Shown one piece after another: positions 41,901 through 51,019 of a DNA stretch of 64,000 nt (positions are counted from its first letter, which is position 1; the number at the start of each line of letters is the position of its first letter). Both the position numbers and the translations under genes were made by a program. Source of the DNA: Bacteroidales bacterium (GTDB lineage: Bacteria; Bacteroidota; Bacteroidia; Bacteroidales; WCHB1-69); contig JAISUP010000008.1 in assembly GCA_031272025.1 (NCBI GenBank), positions 654 to 64,653 of the forward strand. Reading direction: 5' to 3'. Below the pieces are notes generated by a model, which had not been told where the DNA came from, searched no databases, and worked only from the letters and a program-made list of their open reading frames with translations.

Positions 41901-44900
41901 AATGTAGGAGGTGAATCCATTAATTTTAACAGCACGACATCCAAACTAACCATACAAGCCGACATTTCGGGTGGTTACGAATTTCACCAGCCCGTTACCG
42001 TTACTACCGGTTCTTTAAATCCATTGGAAACACGAGATGTAATCATCAAGACAAACGCGCCGTTAGGGGTAAACGATCCTATCTATTTTAAGTTTGTCGC
42101 GAGCATCGCGGGCGATACCATCCATAGAAACGACACGTTAGAGCATGTTTTCTTACAAGAAAATGTAATCTTAAATATTACGGCTAATCCCAACGAGTAT
42201 GACCAAACGTTTTCTGCCCCAACCCTCTCGGACCTTTCTCCTGCATGGAAATCCGAACAAATCAGTGGGCTGGGCAATTGGAAAATAGAAAGTGGCACGG
42301 GGAGCAATCCTACCCTTGACCCAACATACGGGGGGGGACGGCTTTTCTTAGATTTAAAGAATTCGTCTCTTACCACCACTAACACTACCTTAGTCCTTTC
42401 GCGCGCCATTATGCCTGCCTTTTCTTTGGTAGGTAGCGAAAATCCTACCTTAAACGTGTGGTTCGCGCACGACAAAGTAGGGACAACCTCTATCGTTTCC
42501 GGTATAGTAGTTAAAGTATCCATTGATGGAGGTAACACGTTTACAGCGTTGAGAGCCACGGAATTTACAAATCAACAAGACACCTTAATCAAACGGTATC
42601 ACGCCTCTTACACTACCGCCGCCTTCAAACGCTATATCTTTAACCTTAACCCGTATATAGGGCAACAATGCGTGATTATTGCTATTGACGGACGCGGACT
42701 CGGCGCGGTAGCCAGCAATAGCAACTTGAATATTGACAGAGTATATATCAATAATGTCCGTTCCGATGATTTTAGTCTTACTGATTTATATTCATGGAGT
42801 GAGGCACCCACTAAAGCCAACATGTCCATGAAAACCAAAGTGCGAGTGGTTAACGTTGGAGCAGAAGAAAAAACGCACGATATCACGCTGAAAGTATCGG
42901 GAGCAAACACGTATACAGAAACCGTGAGCAACGTAACGCTTCCTTTTCTTGGAGAAACGGTTATTAGTTTCAACGGGACACATTTGAATAACAACGGGAA
43001 CAATGTAGTAACCGTGTTCGTGTCTGGCGGCGACAACAACAAGCAAAACGACACGATACGAAAACCTTTGACTACCTATGATTATAGAGTAAATTTCGCG
43101 GACACTTCTACCAATCTCAAAGCCATTGGCGGTACGGCGGGAACCCGTCTCGCGAATCGTTATAACGTGGCAGAAGAAATCATTACCAATGCCGTACGTT
43201 TTTATCCCGTGAGTATCACAGATAATCCTGTGGGGAAAAAAGTATATGCTTTCGTGTCGGATCTCGCGGGTAACGTGATTGCCCAATCCGATACCCTTAC
43301 CCTCACCGCCGGGCATGTGAACACTTGGGTAGAGTTACCCATGAACCAATCCATATTGAGTAACGTGAGCGACTGTTTTTTCGCGGGAATACATCTCATG
43401 GATGCCGGTAATTACATCGGGGCACAAGTGGAGGCACCCATGCGCGATTCGGCATACTATACCTTGGGAACCAATAAACAATATACCCCGCAGGTTAATG
43501 GCAGGGCAATGATTGGGGCAGTAGTAGAAAAAGCCATATTGAACGACATGGCATTACTTTCGTATGTTTCACCGGTATCAAATTGCGACTTGGGACACGA
43601 GAATGTTACATTGAACTTGACTAACTACGGGTCGCAAACCATTCCCGCGGGCACAGTTTTTCACTTGTCGGTCAATAATTCGCACGTAGCACAACAAACC
43701 ATGACTGAGCCTTTGCCTCGTTTGGGGACGACTACATTCACGTTCTCCTACAAACCCGACTTTACCAACACGCAAGTTGGTGTAGACGACAACTATCAGT
43801 TAAAAGTATGGATAGAAAAGTTAACGGCAGACCGTGTTCCCGGCAACGACACGTTAGAATACGATTTTATTTCGCGGGGTAAAGCCAACATGCCCACGGT
43901 TAGTACGCCAATAAACGTACCATATAGTACTTCGGGGACGCTTACGGCAACCTTTCCTCCTGCCATACCTGCAAACAATGGAGTGCTTTCGTGGTACCAA
44001 AATGTGGGCGTGGAGCAATGGCAATTATTGGGACAAGGCAATACATTCCTAACCCCTGAAATTTTGTGGGATACAGCCTATTATGTCAATGTGGCTCAGG
44101 GAGGAATTGATGAAGCCATTTGTGGCACCGGCACCGTCTCAAACTCTTACATGTTTAACCTCATCAATAACTATTCCAAAGCCCGTGCCCTTTACCGTGC
44201 CATAGATTTAGGTAATAAAAATGGCTATGTTGCTAAAATCTTCGTTAACGTGGAATTACCTACTACACCGGTAGAAAACGTGGCTAATATAAAGATATAT
44301 CTTAAAAATACAGACCTGACCGCATTGACTGTACATGCTGTAAGTTCTTGGACAGATGAAATATCGGGTGCCTTATTAGTGTACGATGGTCCGTCTTCGA
44401 TATTTAACAAGGCGGGGTGGAACGAATTGGTATTGCCCGAACTCTTTAAATACACGGGACAAAGTTTGATGATTTTAACAGAGAGCACAGGAACCGTGGG
44501 AACGGCTACCAATATTTGTAAATTTATTTCTACCAATGTAACTAATACGCAGGATTATAGGACTGCCGCAGATGCTTTTAACTCGGCAACCTTTTCAACC
44601 AGCTCTGCCCGTATGAATGTTAAGTTTTCTTTTGCCGATATTTTGTGCCCCAGTGAAAAAGTGCCCATTCAAATTCTTATGACCGGAGCACCTAATTATG
44701 ACTTAGAAACGATGAAATTTTTACCCCCAACAGGTGCTTACGGCAATTACTGTACCTTAGAAAACGAGCATCCCGTCGTTATCTTAAAAAACCGGATGAA
44801 CTCGACTATTCCTGCTAATAAAGTGAAAATTACGGCGATATTTAATGGTACCCCCATTACCTATACCGTGGATAGACCTATTTTAGCGTCTTCTATCGAT

Positions 44901-47900
44901 ACCATTACATTCCCCAATACTTTCGATTTTAAAGCAACCACTGCCGATATTACATGGAATTACACTATTTTTACCGACCTGCTTGGAGAAAGCATTGTTT
45001 TTAGAAATGACGATACGATTAAGGGTAATTTTAAAGCGGAACAAACCGATTGGTTCCCCGATGAAATAGATTCTATCAATCACCCGTTTGCCACAGACTT
45101 TAAATTACAACTACGCGAAACTAACGGGAACTATAACGCGTCACGCAGATATTGGGTATACAATAACCCCGAAGGAACCGGTACCCCCTTAGCCAGCAAC
45201 GTGGCTTCGTTCACTACCCCCGTGCTATATGACGACATTACTTACTGGGTAAAATCTATCAACTTACAAACTGCCGCTCCCCGTTGTAGCACGAAAATGG
45301 TGAAATATACCATACATCTGCTCGCTCCTCAGCACGACTTGAAAGCCGTTTCGTACAATAGCCCGAATAACTACGAATGCGGTTTGACTAATGCCCATTT
45401 TAATGTAGATGTACAAAATACCCGTGTGGGCGTTATTCCCGCTAACACGTTCAAAATCAATGCAAATCTTACAGGGACAAGCACAAAGACAGGCTCTCAA
45501 ACCATTACCGTACCCATTGACAGTTTGGCTACTCACAAGGTAATTTTCAATACAGCAATAGACCTAACCTCACCCACACAAAACAATATATATAACTATG
45601 TCATCACGGTACAGCCTACGGGGAATATGCCCAACGACTATAAAAATAATGATACCCTAACGGGCGTGTTGAAAGTGCCTGCACTACCCAATGCTCCTAC
45701 TCCCATTTCCAGATCTGTAACCTTTGGAAATGAAGAACACATTGTTCCCTCCGAGTCATATCTTAATTATTTCTATTTTTATGATCAAAATGTTGGTGGT
45801 AATGTTATAGGCGAGGGAACTTCTTTTACCACTCCCCCCATTCGTACCAATACCACTTATTACTATTCGGGACGTATTCGGCAACCCGAATTTGCCGCAC
45901 AGCCCATTTGTGGGACAGGAACAACTCAGAATGTTTCTACTTTCAGTTTTACCACGGGAACCAATGCCACGAAATTGGGACAAGCAATACAATTGTATGA
46001 GGCAGCCGAATTAAACGATGGTTACGCGGGATATATAGATACCGTATCTATTCCTATCACGCATATCGCGGGTTCGCCTTTCCCCGTGAAGTTTTATATC
46101 CTTAACGACAGTACTACCTCCCTTGCTACAGCAGGAGCCTATCCTTGGGCAACGCTCGTGTCAAAGGCGACCTTAATTTTTGATGGAGAAACTGATTTTG
46201 GAAATACAGAGAACATTGACGGTATCGCGTGGTTTAAAATGCCCGTGCAAGGAGGTTTCTATTACACGGGACACAATATCTTATTGCTCATCGTACAAGA
46301 TTGTAATGGAGAATCTTGTTACACGATGGTAGGGAATAGCAGCAATACCACCCCGAATTTTAGATGCACGAGCAAAGCCAATTTCGCTGTGAACCGGCTC
46401 AATAGCACCACGGGAACAGAGAATTTTGCTAAGATTACAAACCGGATCAATACTCGATTCTCTTTCACGTACACCTGCCCATCTCCTCGTTCGCCCATCA
46501 CGCTAACCACGGTACAACCCGCTTGCGACCTGCAAGTAGCAAATATCACTGCCCCCATCACCCCGAATGATAATTACAGTACGAGCGAACAAGTAACGGT
46601 ATCTATCAAAAACTGGGGAACAACGGCGGCTTCCAATTTCCCGGTTACTTATTGTTTGGAAGGAAAAACACCGGTAACAGAGACTTACACGAATACGATA
46701 GCCGCGGGAGGAACGGGCATTTTTACCTTCGCTGCCCCCATAGACCTCACAGATATATATTTCCCCGAAAAATTGACGGTGAGCGTAAGATTAGCCTGTG
46801 ATAATATCACCAAAGACGATACCCTGATTTTGGAAGTCCAAAAACCGTCTCCTTGCAAATCGTATCCCTTAGAAGCCGATAAAGCAGATATTTCTAATGT
46901 TACCATTGCCGACCTTAATAATGGTCCGGGACTACCCTTGTTCAACTATAATCCTAACCCCAACAACGGACGTTATACAAACTATACGCAGACAGTGCCC
47001 CCTGTAAACGTGGTGCGGGGACAATCTCACGATTTTTCCATTACCAATTCCTTTACTACCACCGCAGGTTCGTCTATTTATCGCTATATTTACGTAGATT
47101 TAAACCGCGATAACACACTTGCTACCAATGAAAATCTATTTTCATCTACGGCACAAACCCCCACGGCAAACAATGGATACGCCACGATTAGCGGGTCAAT
47201 TTATATCCCGGATACGGCAGCCTTGGGGTTAACTCTAATGCGAATAATCACGGCAAGTACAACACAAACTTCACCCTGCGCGATTTATACCAGCGGGGAA
47301 ACCGAAGATTATGCCATGATTATTCACGAACCATATAACATAGACCCCGGTATTGTAGAAATCGTACACCCTTCAGGCGAGGTATGTCCTGATTCGTCAG
47401 GTAGAGTACGTGTGCGTATCAAAAACCACGGTACCTCTCCCATAACTTTCTCGGAAACCATGCCCATGACCTTAACAGCAACCCTGAGAACAGCCACAGA
47501 CACCGTTTCTTACACACAAGATTATACTTCGGGTACCATCTTGCCGGACGAAACAACCATGTTCGCGGTGGATCATGTCAACTGGCGTAAAGCAGGCACG
47601 TATGCCGTGAGCGTGAGTATGACATACCCCCCGGATGAATACGTGTATAATAATGTTAAATCCGGAACCGTGGCTACCGTGAAGGCGAACACGAAAGTCA
47701 TAGAAATGTCGGACAAGAAAGCCTACGAACGATTTGACTACGAAAAACAATTGTATTCAGGGGAAGAAATTGATGAATTTTTACTTGATACTGCCTTGTG
47801 GACAGCAACGACAACGCCAACCACTGTTACCAACTTTAAGTGGTCGGTATTTATGAGTAAAACCGACAACGCGCCTAACGCGGGACCATTGCACGACCAC

Positions 47901-48953
47901 ACTACCGGTGTACCCTCCAGGGGGATGCCCGAAGGGTGGTTCGCGGCAGTATCGGCACCAAGTAATGCATCGACAACCGCGGTGGCATATCTCACCACTG
48001 CATGTCTAAACCTGCATTATGAAAACGGATACCCCAAAAAAGTATCCTATTGGGAACATATCTATGCCAAAGATACTACCGCGAGCGTGCGCGTAAGAGT
48101 AGAGGTTGGCTCCGGCAATAACTTTATCCCCATAGACGAATTTACCGGTCCTACCCAATCGTATGATACCTCTGCATGGCTCAATCGTTATGTCATGCTC
48201 AACGAATTTGACGAAATTGCAAAGGTGCGTTTCATCGCCGACAAGCATAGCAAAATGATAGATCCCGCCCTCGACGACATTCGTTTTGGTTACGGCTACC
48301 CCGACTTAGGTATAGATTCCATTCTCTTCCCCAAATCATATAAAAACGTATCAAACAGAGATAAAGATTGTATTAGTTACAACGATACCATATATCCCGT
48401 GATACTGATCCATAACTATGGAACAGAAGCAGTATATGAATATGATATACAGGCAAGTGCATCCGTTGGAGATTATGATAACACGATAACCGAACACGTG
48501 AGTCAAGTTCTCATGCCGGGAGATACCATGTATTATACCCTGAAAACAGCGTTAGTGGCTCCATCAAAATACAGTCATTGTGAAATCGTGGTTCGGGTAT
48601 ATACCGACTTTGATGAAAACTCGAAAAATGACGAACAATGGATTATTTCCTGCATTGATGTAGGGGTAGGCGTAGAAGATATTCTCGTGAGAAAAGGGTA
48701 CTCGTTAGGACAAAATATACCTAATCCTGCCAATGGACTTACCCAAATACCATTCTCGCTGCCGGAACCTGGACAGGTTACTTTCCAAATACATACCATA
48801 GAAGGACAAACCTTGTACAACGAAACACAATTTTATAACGGGGGCGAACAAAGATGGAACTATAACACTGCCTCCTTACCATCGGGCATTTATCTCTATA
48901 CCATGCATTGTAAAGACGTGATACTTACCCGAAAAATGGTCGTGGAACGTTAG
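38907..48953 (+). CDS. giant (3,348 aa) mosaic secreted/surface protein, T9SS cargo
   Basis: An uninterrupted 10,047-nt ORF with signal peptide MKKFLFVIALWAIVPAAVFAQ. It carries a beta-helix-like region, repeated CARDB-like modules, a GEVED domain, a MAM-like domain and a type-A T9SS CTD (sub-features below). Confidence 0.85.
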   Translation: MKKFLFVIALWAIVPAAVFAQLLDSTWIYYENFNGTTSKITTRVKETDVTGTEGRTWAITQPAWAANKCMRAYHTKASGDYQIAYTKPIPYNRSTPFTYLQFDHICKVYGLSDGDNNPAYILIQFSSDTNAVNAWSSETYLMGNSVLSFNATSETYFGNATTILQATAYYPSLITYASFSDKSYSTWVNGSPTTIPTASWWKNETIRIDNELQQAAANITFFRVAFIYSVYSPTTGNNNNMAGWFVDNIRVINSNADINPPKITLQSPYKVNDLKQDSVNNYYEIKALISDWGNDTLNLNSISFKYKNGKNASWITLPAYNSTTNRTTTGHKEHQYTGFWRVPKHCIGDTIYYTISATDMHGNTATLDTNFRLVSNFTNNVTSNDAWMRKFHDFPFALTTGQSHPVKVSFANRSQNLMTSLQIGWSHNGVQKTTYNWTAPPATALCMEERDTVILGNIVPVNGHNYIKAWVIKRNGANDNGTLNNDTIYADVYSCDSALNGTYTVGDATADFPTIAALKDKLANCGIGGNVVINLKPGTYSDFTFDQTYNGQSQAHRITFQAENGNRNAVIIQDNSTSGTGAIVLNGVGFYTFHNLTIKGKTTGTSSRGVTFLNKATTSSDIVMNQYITISNCKIEVNTPATPGTADTYTGIYRLLSTANKIDRHITIKDNIITGGNYGINYKGTGTATCRNQLDEVTGNEISAATLGIVLFYDTVSTVSHNTITQIGTTAGFRGIDLENIYLCQQVSGNTVKNTSTAIKGIYLATVAGTSSLPLKVANNEVNICVSGSSPTGIELANASNNVQLLHNSVRLYATANLTSRSAGVKTTGTGNNQIVNLVLKNNILVNEVNGSTETYHGCPIELANLTTTSSLTADYNLFYSPNGVVGYYKANRSSLEQWCWYVNADMQGGSVEDHGMVRDPGFAHTDSCLELSIYDGLEVPMIPGITEDIRGIQRKTLTYFGAYTIVLPDVNIALIELVSPLPASCPQNTANITLKIRNVGGESINFNSTTSKLTIQADISGGYEFHQPVTVTTGSLNPLETRDVIIKTNAPLGVNDPIYFKFVASIAGDTIHRNDTLEHVFLQENVILNITANPNEYDQTFSAPTLSDLSPAWKSEQISGLGNWKIESGTGSNPTLDPTYGGGRLFLDLKNSSLTTTNTTLVLSRAIMPAFSLVGSENPTLNVWFAHDKVGTTSIVSGIVVKVSIDGGNTFTALRATEFTNQQDTLIKRYHASYTTAAFKRYIFNLNPYIGQQCVIIAIDGRGLGAVASNSNLNIDRVYINNVRSDDFSLTDLYSWSEAPTKANMSMKTKVRVVNVGAEEKTHDITLKVSGANTYTETVSNVTLPFLGETVISFNGTHLNNNGNNVVTVFVSGGDNNKQNDTIRKPLTTYDYRVNFADTSTNLKAIGGTAGTRLANRYNVAEEIITNAVRFYPVSITDNPVGKKVYAFVSDLAGNVIAQSDTLTLTAGHVNTWVELPMNQSILSNVSDCFFAGIHLMDAGNYIGAQVEAPMRDSAYYTLGTNKQYTPQVNGRAMIGAVVEKAILNDMALLSYVSPVSNCDLGHENVTLNLTNYGSQTIPAGTVFHLSVNNSHVAQQTMTEPLPRLGTTTFTFSYKPDFTNTQVGVDDNYQLKVWIEKLTADRVPGNDTLEYDFISRGKANMPTVSTPINVPYSTSGTLTATFPPAIPANNGVLSWYQNVGVEQWQLLGQGNTFLTPEILWDTAYYVNVAQGGIDEAICGTGTVSNSYMFNLINNYSKARALYRAIDLGNKNGYVAKIFVNVELPTTPVENVANIKIYLKNTDLTALTVHAVSSWTDEISGALLVYDGPSSIFNKAGWNELVLPELFKYTGQSLMILTESTGTVGTATNICKFISTNVTNTQDYRTAADAFNSATFSTSSARMNVKFSFADILCPSEKVPIQILMTGAPNYDLETMKFLPPTGAYGNYCTLENEHPVVILKNRMNSTIPANKVKITAIFNGTPITYTVDRPILASSIDTITFPNTFDFKATTADITWNYTIFTDLLGESIVFRNDDTIKGNFKAEQTDWFPDEIDSINHPFATDFKLQLRETNGNYNASRRYWVYNNPEGTGTPLASNVASFTTPVLYDDITYWVKSINLQTAAPRCSTKMVKYTIHLLAPQHDLKAVSYNSPNNYECGLTNAHFNVDVQNTRVGVIPANTFKINANLTGTSTKTGSQTITVPIDSLATHKVIFNTAIDLTSPTQNNIYNYVITVQPTGNMPNDYKNNDTLTGVLKVPALPNAPTPISRSVTFGNEEHIVPSESYLNYFYFYDQNVGGNVIGEGTSFTTPPIRTNTTYYYSGRIRQPEFAAQPICGTGTTQNVSTFSFTTGTNATKLGQAIQLYEAAELNDGYAGYIDTVSIPITHIAGSPFPVKFYILNDSTTSLATAGAYPWATLVSKATLIFDGETDFGNTENIDGIAWFKMPVQGGFYYTGHNILLLIVQDCNGESCYTMVGNSSNTTPNFRCTSKANFAVNRLNSTTGTENFAKITNRINTRFSFTYTCPSPRSPITLTTVQPACDLQVANITAPITPNDNYSTSEQVTVSIKNWGTTAASNFPVTYCLEGKTPVTETYTNTIAAGGTGIFTFAAPIDLTDIYFPEKLTVSVRLACDNITKDDTLILEVQKPSPCKSYPLEADKADISNVTIADLNNGPGLPLFNYNPNPNNGRYTNYTQTVPPVNVVRGQSHDFSITNSFTTTAGSSIYRYIYVDLNRDNTLATNENLFSSTAQTPTANNGYATISGSIYIPDTAALGLTLMRIITASTTQTSPCAIYTSGETEDYAMIIHEPYNIDPGIVEIVHPSGEVCPDSSGRVRVRIKNHGTSPITFSETMPMTLTATLRTATDTVSYTQDYTSGTILPDETTMFAVDHVNWRKAGTYAVSVSMTYPPDEYVYNNVKSGTVATVKANTKVIEMSDKKAYERFDYEKQLYSGEEIDEFLLDTALWTATTTPTTVTNFKWSVFMSKTDNAPNAGPLHDHTTGVPSRGMPEGWFAAVSAPSNASTTAVAYLTTACLNLHYENGYPKKVSYWEHIYAKDTTASVRVRVEVGSGNNFIPIDEFTGPTQSYDTSAWLNRYVMLNEFDEIAKVRFIADKHSKMIDPALDDIRFGYGYPDLGIDSILFPKSYKNVSNRDKDCISYNDTIYPVILIHNYGTEAVYEYDIQASASVGDYDNTITEHVSQVLMPGDTMYYTLKTALVAPSKYSHCEIVVRVYTDFDENSKNDEQWIISCIDVGVGVEDILVRKGYSLGQNIPNPANGLTQIPFSLPEPGQVTFQIHTIEGQTLYNETQFYNGGEQRWNYNTASLPSGIYLYTMHCKDVILTRKMVVER
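40401..41600 (+). other. right-handed parallel beta-helix-like region of the giant protein (about aa 499-898)
   Basis: The entry motif LNGTYTVGDATADFPTIAALKDKLANCGIGGNVVINLKPGTYSD is followed by about 20-25-residue repeats rich in N/G/I/T (ITIKDNIITGGNYGINYKG, NNEVNI, LKNNILVN). Confidence 0.5.
44115..44680 (+). other. paralogous Cys-bounded module, copy 1 (about aa 1737-1925)
   Basis: ICGTGTVSNS...ALYRAIDL...IKIYLKNT...LLVYDG...GWNEL...FKYTGQSLMIL...RMNVKFSF..CPSEKVPI. The same ordered motif set appears in copy 2. Confidence 0.5.
45903..46510 (+). other. paralogous Cys-bounded module, copy 2 (about aa 2333-2535)
   Basis: ICGTGTTQNV...IQLYEAAEL...VKFYILND...TLIFDG...AWFKM...FYYTGHNILLL...RINTRFSF..CPSPRSPI. 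Confidence 0.5.
46854..47330 (+). other. GEVED-type domain of the giant protein
   Basis: It ends with SPCAIYTSGETEDYAMII (the GE[VT]EDY signature, G at 47295). Upstream, YVDLNRDNTL corresponds to the WIDWNxDG position of the family. Confidence 0.55.
47835..48296 (+). other. MAM-like domain of the giant protein
   Basis: FKWSV...GPLHDHTTG...GWFAAVSAPSN..TAVAYLTTACLNL...VRFIADK...ALDDIRFGYG follows the usual MAM motif order (DHT.G, then a large-block L.SP-like motif, then a terminal DDI.F). Confidence 0.5.
48672..48950 (+). other. type-A T9SS C-terminal sorting domain of the giant protein
   Basis: GQNIPNPANGLTQIPFSLPEPGQVTFQIHTIEGQTLY...LPSGIYLYTMHCKDVILTRKMVVER, the same architecture as the GH18 tail at 8741-8971. 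Confidence 0.8.
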
Positions 48954-48959
48954 TGGAAA

Positions 48960-49667
48960 ATGGAATACTATTATTGCCCCGATTTAACAACGGCTATGGT
49001 ATGGCTCTCGGAAGAGGAGAGTAAACATTGTGCTATGGTAAAGCATCGCCGCGTTGGAGATACCCTCATGCTCATAGATGGTCGCGGGACTCGTGTCACA
49101 GCAATGCTAACCGACATTAATCGTCATCGAGTGGGGTTGCAGGTGCTAAGCAAAGAATCCCAATGGGGAAAGCGTTCGCGTGCGTTTCATTTAGCAATCG
49201 CACCCACCAAACAACGAGAACGAATGGAATGGATGCTCGAAAAAACCGTGGAAATAGGTATAGAAAAAATTACTTTCTTAATTTGTGAACGCTCAGAGCG
49301 ACAACAAATAGACCTGTCGCGCATGTCGCGCATCGCTATTGCTGCCATCAAACAATCGGGAACCGCATTTTTGCCACAAATAACATGTCTCCCTTTCGAT
49401 GATTTCTTAAAAACAATACCCGAAAATACCCCCCTTGTAGAAAAATATATTGCATGGTGCGAAACCCCTGAAGATACTCCACTATTACAACATATCCCCA
49501 TGACCGCGGTTGAAATGACCGTACTCGTGGGACCGGAAGGAGATTTTACCTACATAGAAGTAGAAAAAGCAAAAAATGCCGGATTCAAGGAAATTTCGTT
49601 GGGCAAAAAACGATTACGTACAGAAACCGCGGGGCTATTTGCTTGTTGCCTCGCCGCTAAAGAATAA
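48960..49667 (+). CDS. rsmE: 16S rRNA (uracil1498-N3)-methyltransferase
   Basis: H..VKRxRVGD-like N-terminus (HCAMVKHRRVGD), a SPOUT C-terminus with LVGPEGDFT and the LG...LRTETA motif. Confidence 0.85.
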   Translation: MEYYYCPDLTTAMVWLSEEESKHCAMVKHRRVGDTLMLIDGRGTRVTAMLTDINRHRVGLQVLSKESQWGKRSRAFHLAIAPTKQRERMEWMLEKTVEIGIEKITFLICERSERQQIDLSRMSRIAIAAIKQSGTAFLPQITCLPFDDFLKTIPENTPLVEKYIAWCETPEDTPLLQHIPMTAVEMTVLVGPEGDFTYIEVEKAKNAGFKEISLGKKRLRTETAGLFACCLAAKE

Positions 49668-49701
49668 CTGCAACATACTTGTTAACAAATCAATTTGTGA
49701 A

Positions 49702-49781
49702 GAGGCTGTCTCAAAAGTAGAAAAACTGCGTCATTCCGGCGAAAGCCGGAATCCCCTTATAATCGTTAAATATTAATATAC
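49702..49781 (+). repeat. 80-bp REP/MITE-like repeat, copy A (head GAGGCTGTCTCAAAAG + GNRA-capped hairpin)
   Basis: 76/80 identical to the reverse complement of 52755-52834. It contains the hairpin ATTCCGGC-GAAA-GCCGGAAT. It generates the spurious track ORF 49576-49776. Confidence 0.85.
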
Positions 49782-49879
49782 ATTCATATCCATAGAAAGA
49801 CTGGTTGAGCAACAAATCTAACATAACCCGCTCAATAAAATCGCATATTGACTTGTTTGTCAATAACTTGCTCTCTTTG

Positions 49880-50972
49880 CTAAACAGTGCCCCCGTATGA
49901 CATTAAGTATGCTTTGATAAAGTCATCAAGGTCGCCATCCATGACCGCTGCGACGTTAGAAGTCTCGTAACGAGTACGTAAATCTTTGACCATTTTGTAA
50001 GGATGCATCACGTAACTCCGTATTTGCGATCCCCATTCAATGCGTTTTTTGTTACTTTCTATCTCGTTTATTTTTTCCCGTTTTTTTTCTTGTTCTAATT
50101 GATAGAGCCTTGATTTGAGCATTTGCATGGCTTTTTCTCTATTTTGCAGTTGTGAACGGGTTTCCTGACATTCGACTACGATGCCTGAAGGTAAATGATG
50201 TAGTCGTACGGCGGTTTCTACTTTATTGACATTTTGACCACCCGGACCGCTCGACCGGTAAGTATCCCACTCGATGTCTGCCGGGTTGACCACGATTTCT
50301 ATGTCATCGTCCACGATAGGGTAGGCAAAAACCGAAGCAAAAGAGGTATGACGCTTGTTGGCAGAATCGAAAGGCGACAATCGCACGAGACGATGTACTC
50401 CATTCTCGCTCTTAAGATTACCATAACCATAATAACCTGAGAGTTCAATAGTCATTGACTTAATGCCGACAACGTCTCCTTCTTGACGGTCAAGAATTTT
50501 TATCGCGAAACCATGTTTCTCGCCCCAGCGAATATACATACGTGAAAGCATATCTGCCCAATCGCAACTTTCGGTACCCCCGGCCCCGGAATTGATTGTC
50601 AGGATTACCCCCAACCGGTCTTCTTCATGACGCATCATGTTCCGAAATTCTAATTTTTCTACCGACTTTAACGCCGTTTCGTAATGCATATCTAACTCAA
50701 TTTCTGATGCATCGCCCGATAAGAAAAAATCGTGCATCACCAAAAAATCGTCTGCAAGCCCACGGGTATTTTCATACGCATCTACCCACGACTTCACGAA
50801 ACTAATGTCTTTCAACAACTTCTCAGCCATTTTCGGGTCGTTCCAAAAATCAGGTTCCCGAGTTATTTTCTCTTTTTCTGATATTTCCTGCTTTTTTCCA
50901 TCCACGTCAAAGGCACCTCCTTAGCTCATCGAGCCGGTAAGCAAGATCCTTGATTTGTTCGTTATTGACCAT
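49880..50972 (-). CDS. prfB: peptide chain release factor 2, requiring a programmed +1 frameshift
   Basis: ORF0 [21 protein letters not shown] stops at TGA. The +1 frame continues DVDGKKQEI... for 341 codons and contains SPF (LSPFDS) and GGQ ([11 protein letters not shown]). Confidence 0.9.
50906..50921 (-). promoter_or_regulatory. RF2 autoregulatory +1 frameshift site (AGGAGG-TGC-CTT TGA C)
   Basis: The minus strand reads CTA AGG AGG TGC CTT TGA C. An internal SD-like AGGAGG sits 3 nt before the CTT-TGA-C slippery/stop context, the same layout as I recall for E. coli prfB. Confidence 0.9.
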
Positions 50973-51019
50973 GATATGATAATTTTACTATTTATTAAAC
51001 GTGTTAAAATACGTGCCCG

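Noticed and set aside
38934-48820. About 25 ORFs of 64-174 aa listed in the track on the minus strand or in other frames inside the giant gene
   Set aside because: All lie wholly within the 10-kb ORF. They have low-complexity or odd composition and no start context or promoter box. They are expected shadow frames of a long gene.
49576-49776. A 66-aa track ORF ending ...EEAVSKVEKLRHSGESRNPLIIVKY
   Set aside because: Its first part is an out-of-frame overlap with the rsmE 3-prime end. Its second part is a translation of the REP-like repeat (head motif plus hairpin). It is a repeat-derived artefact.
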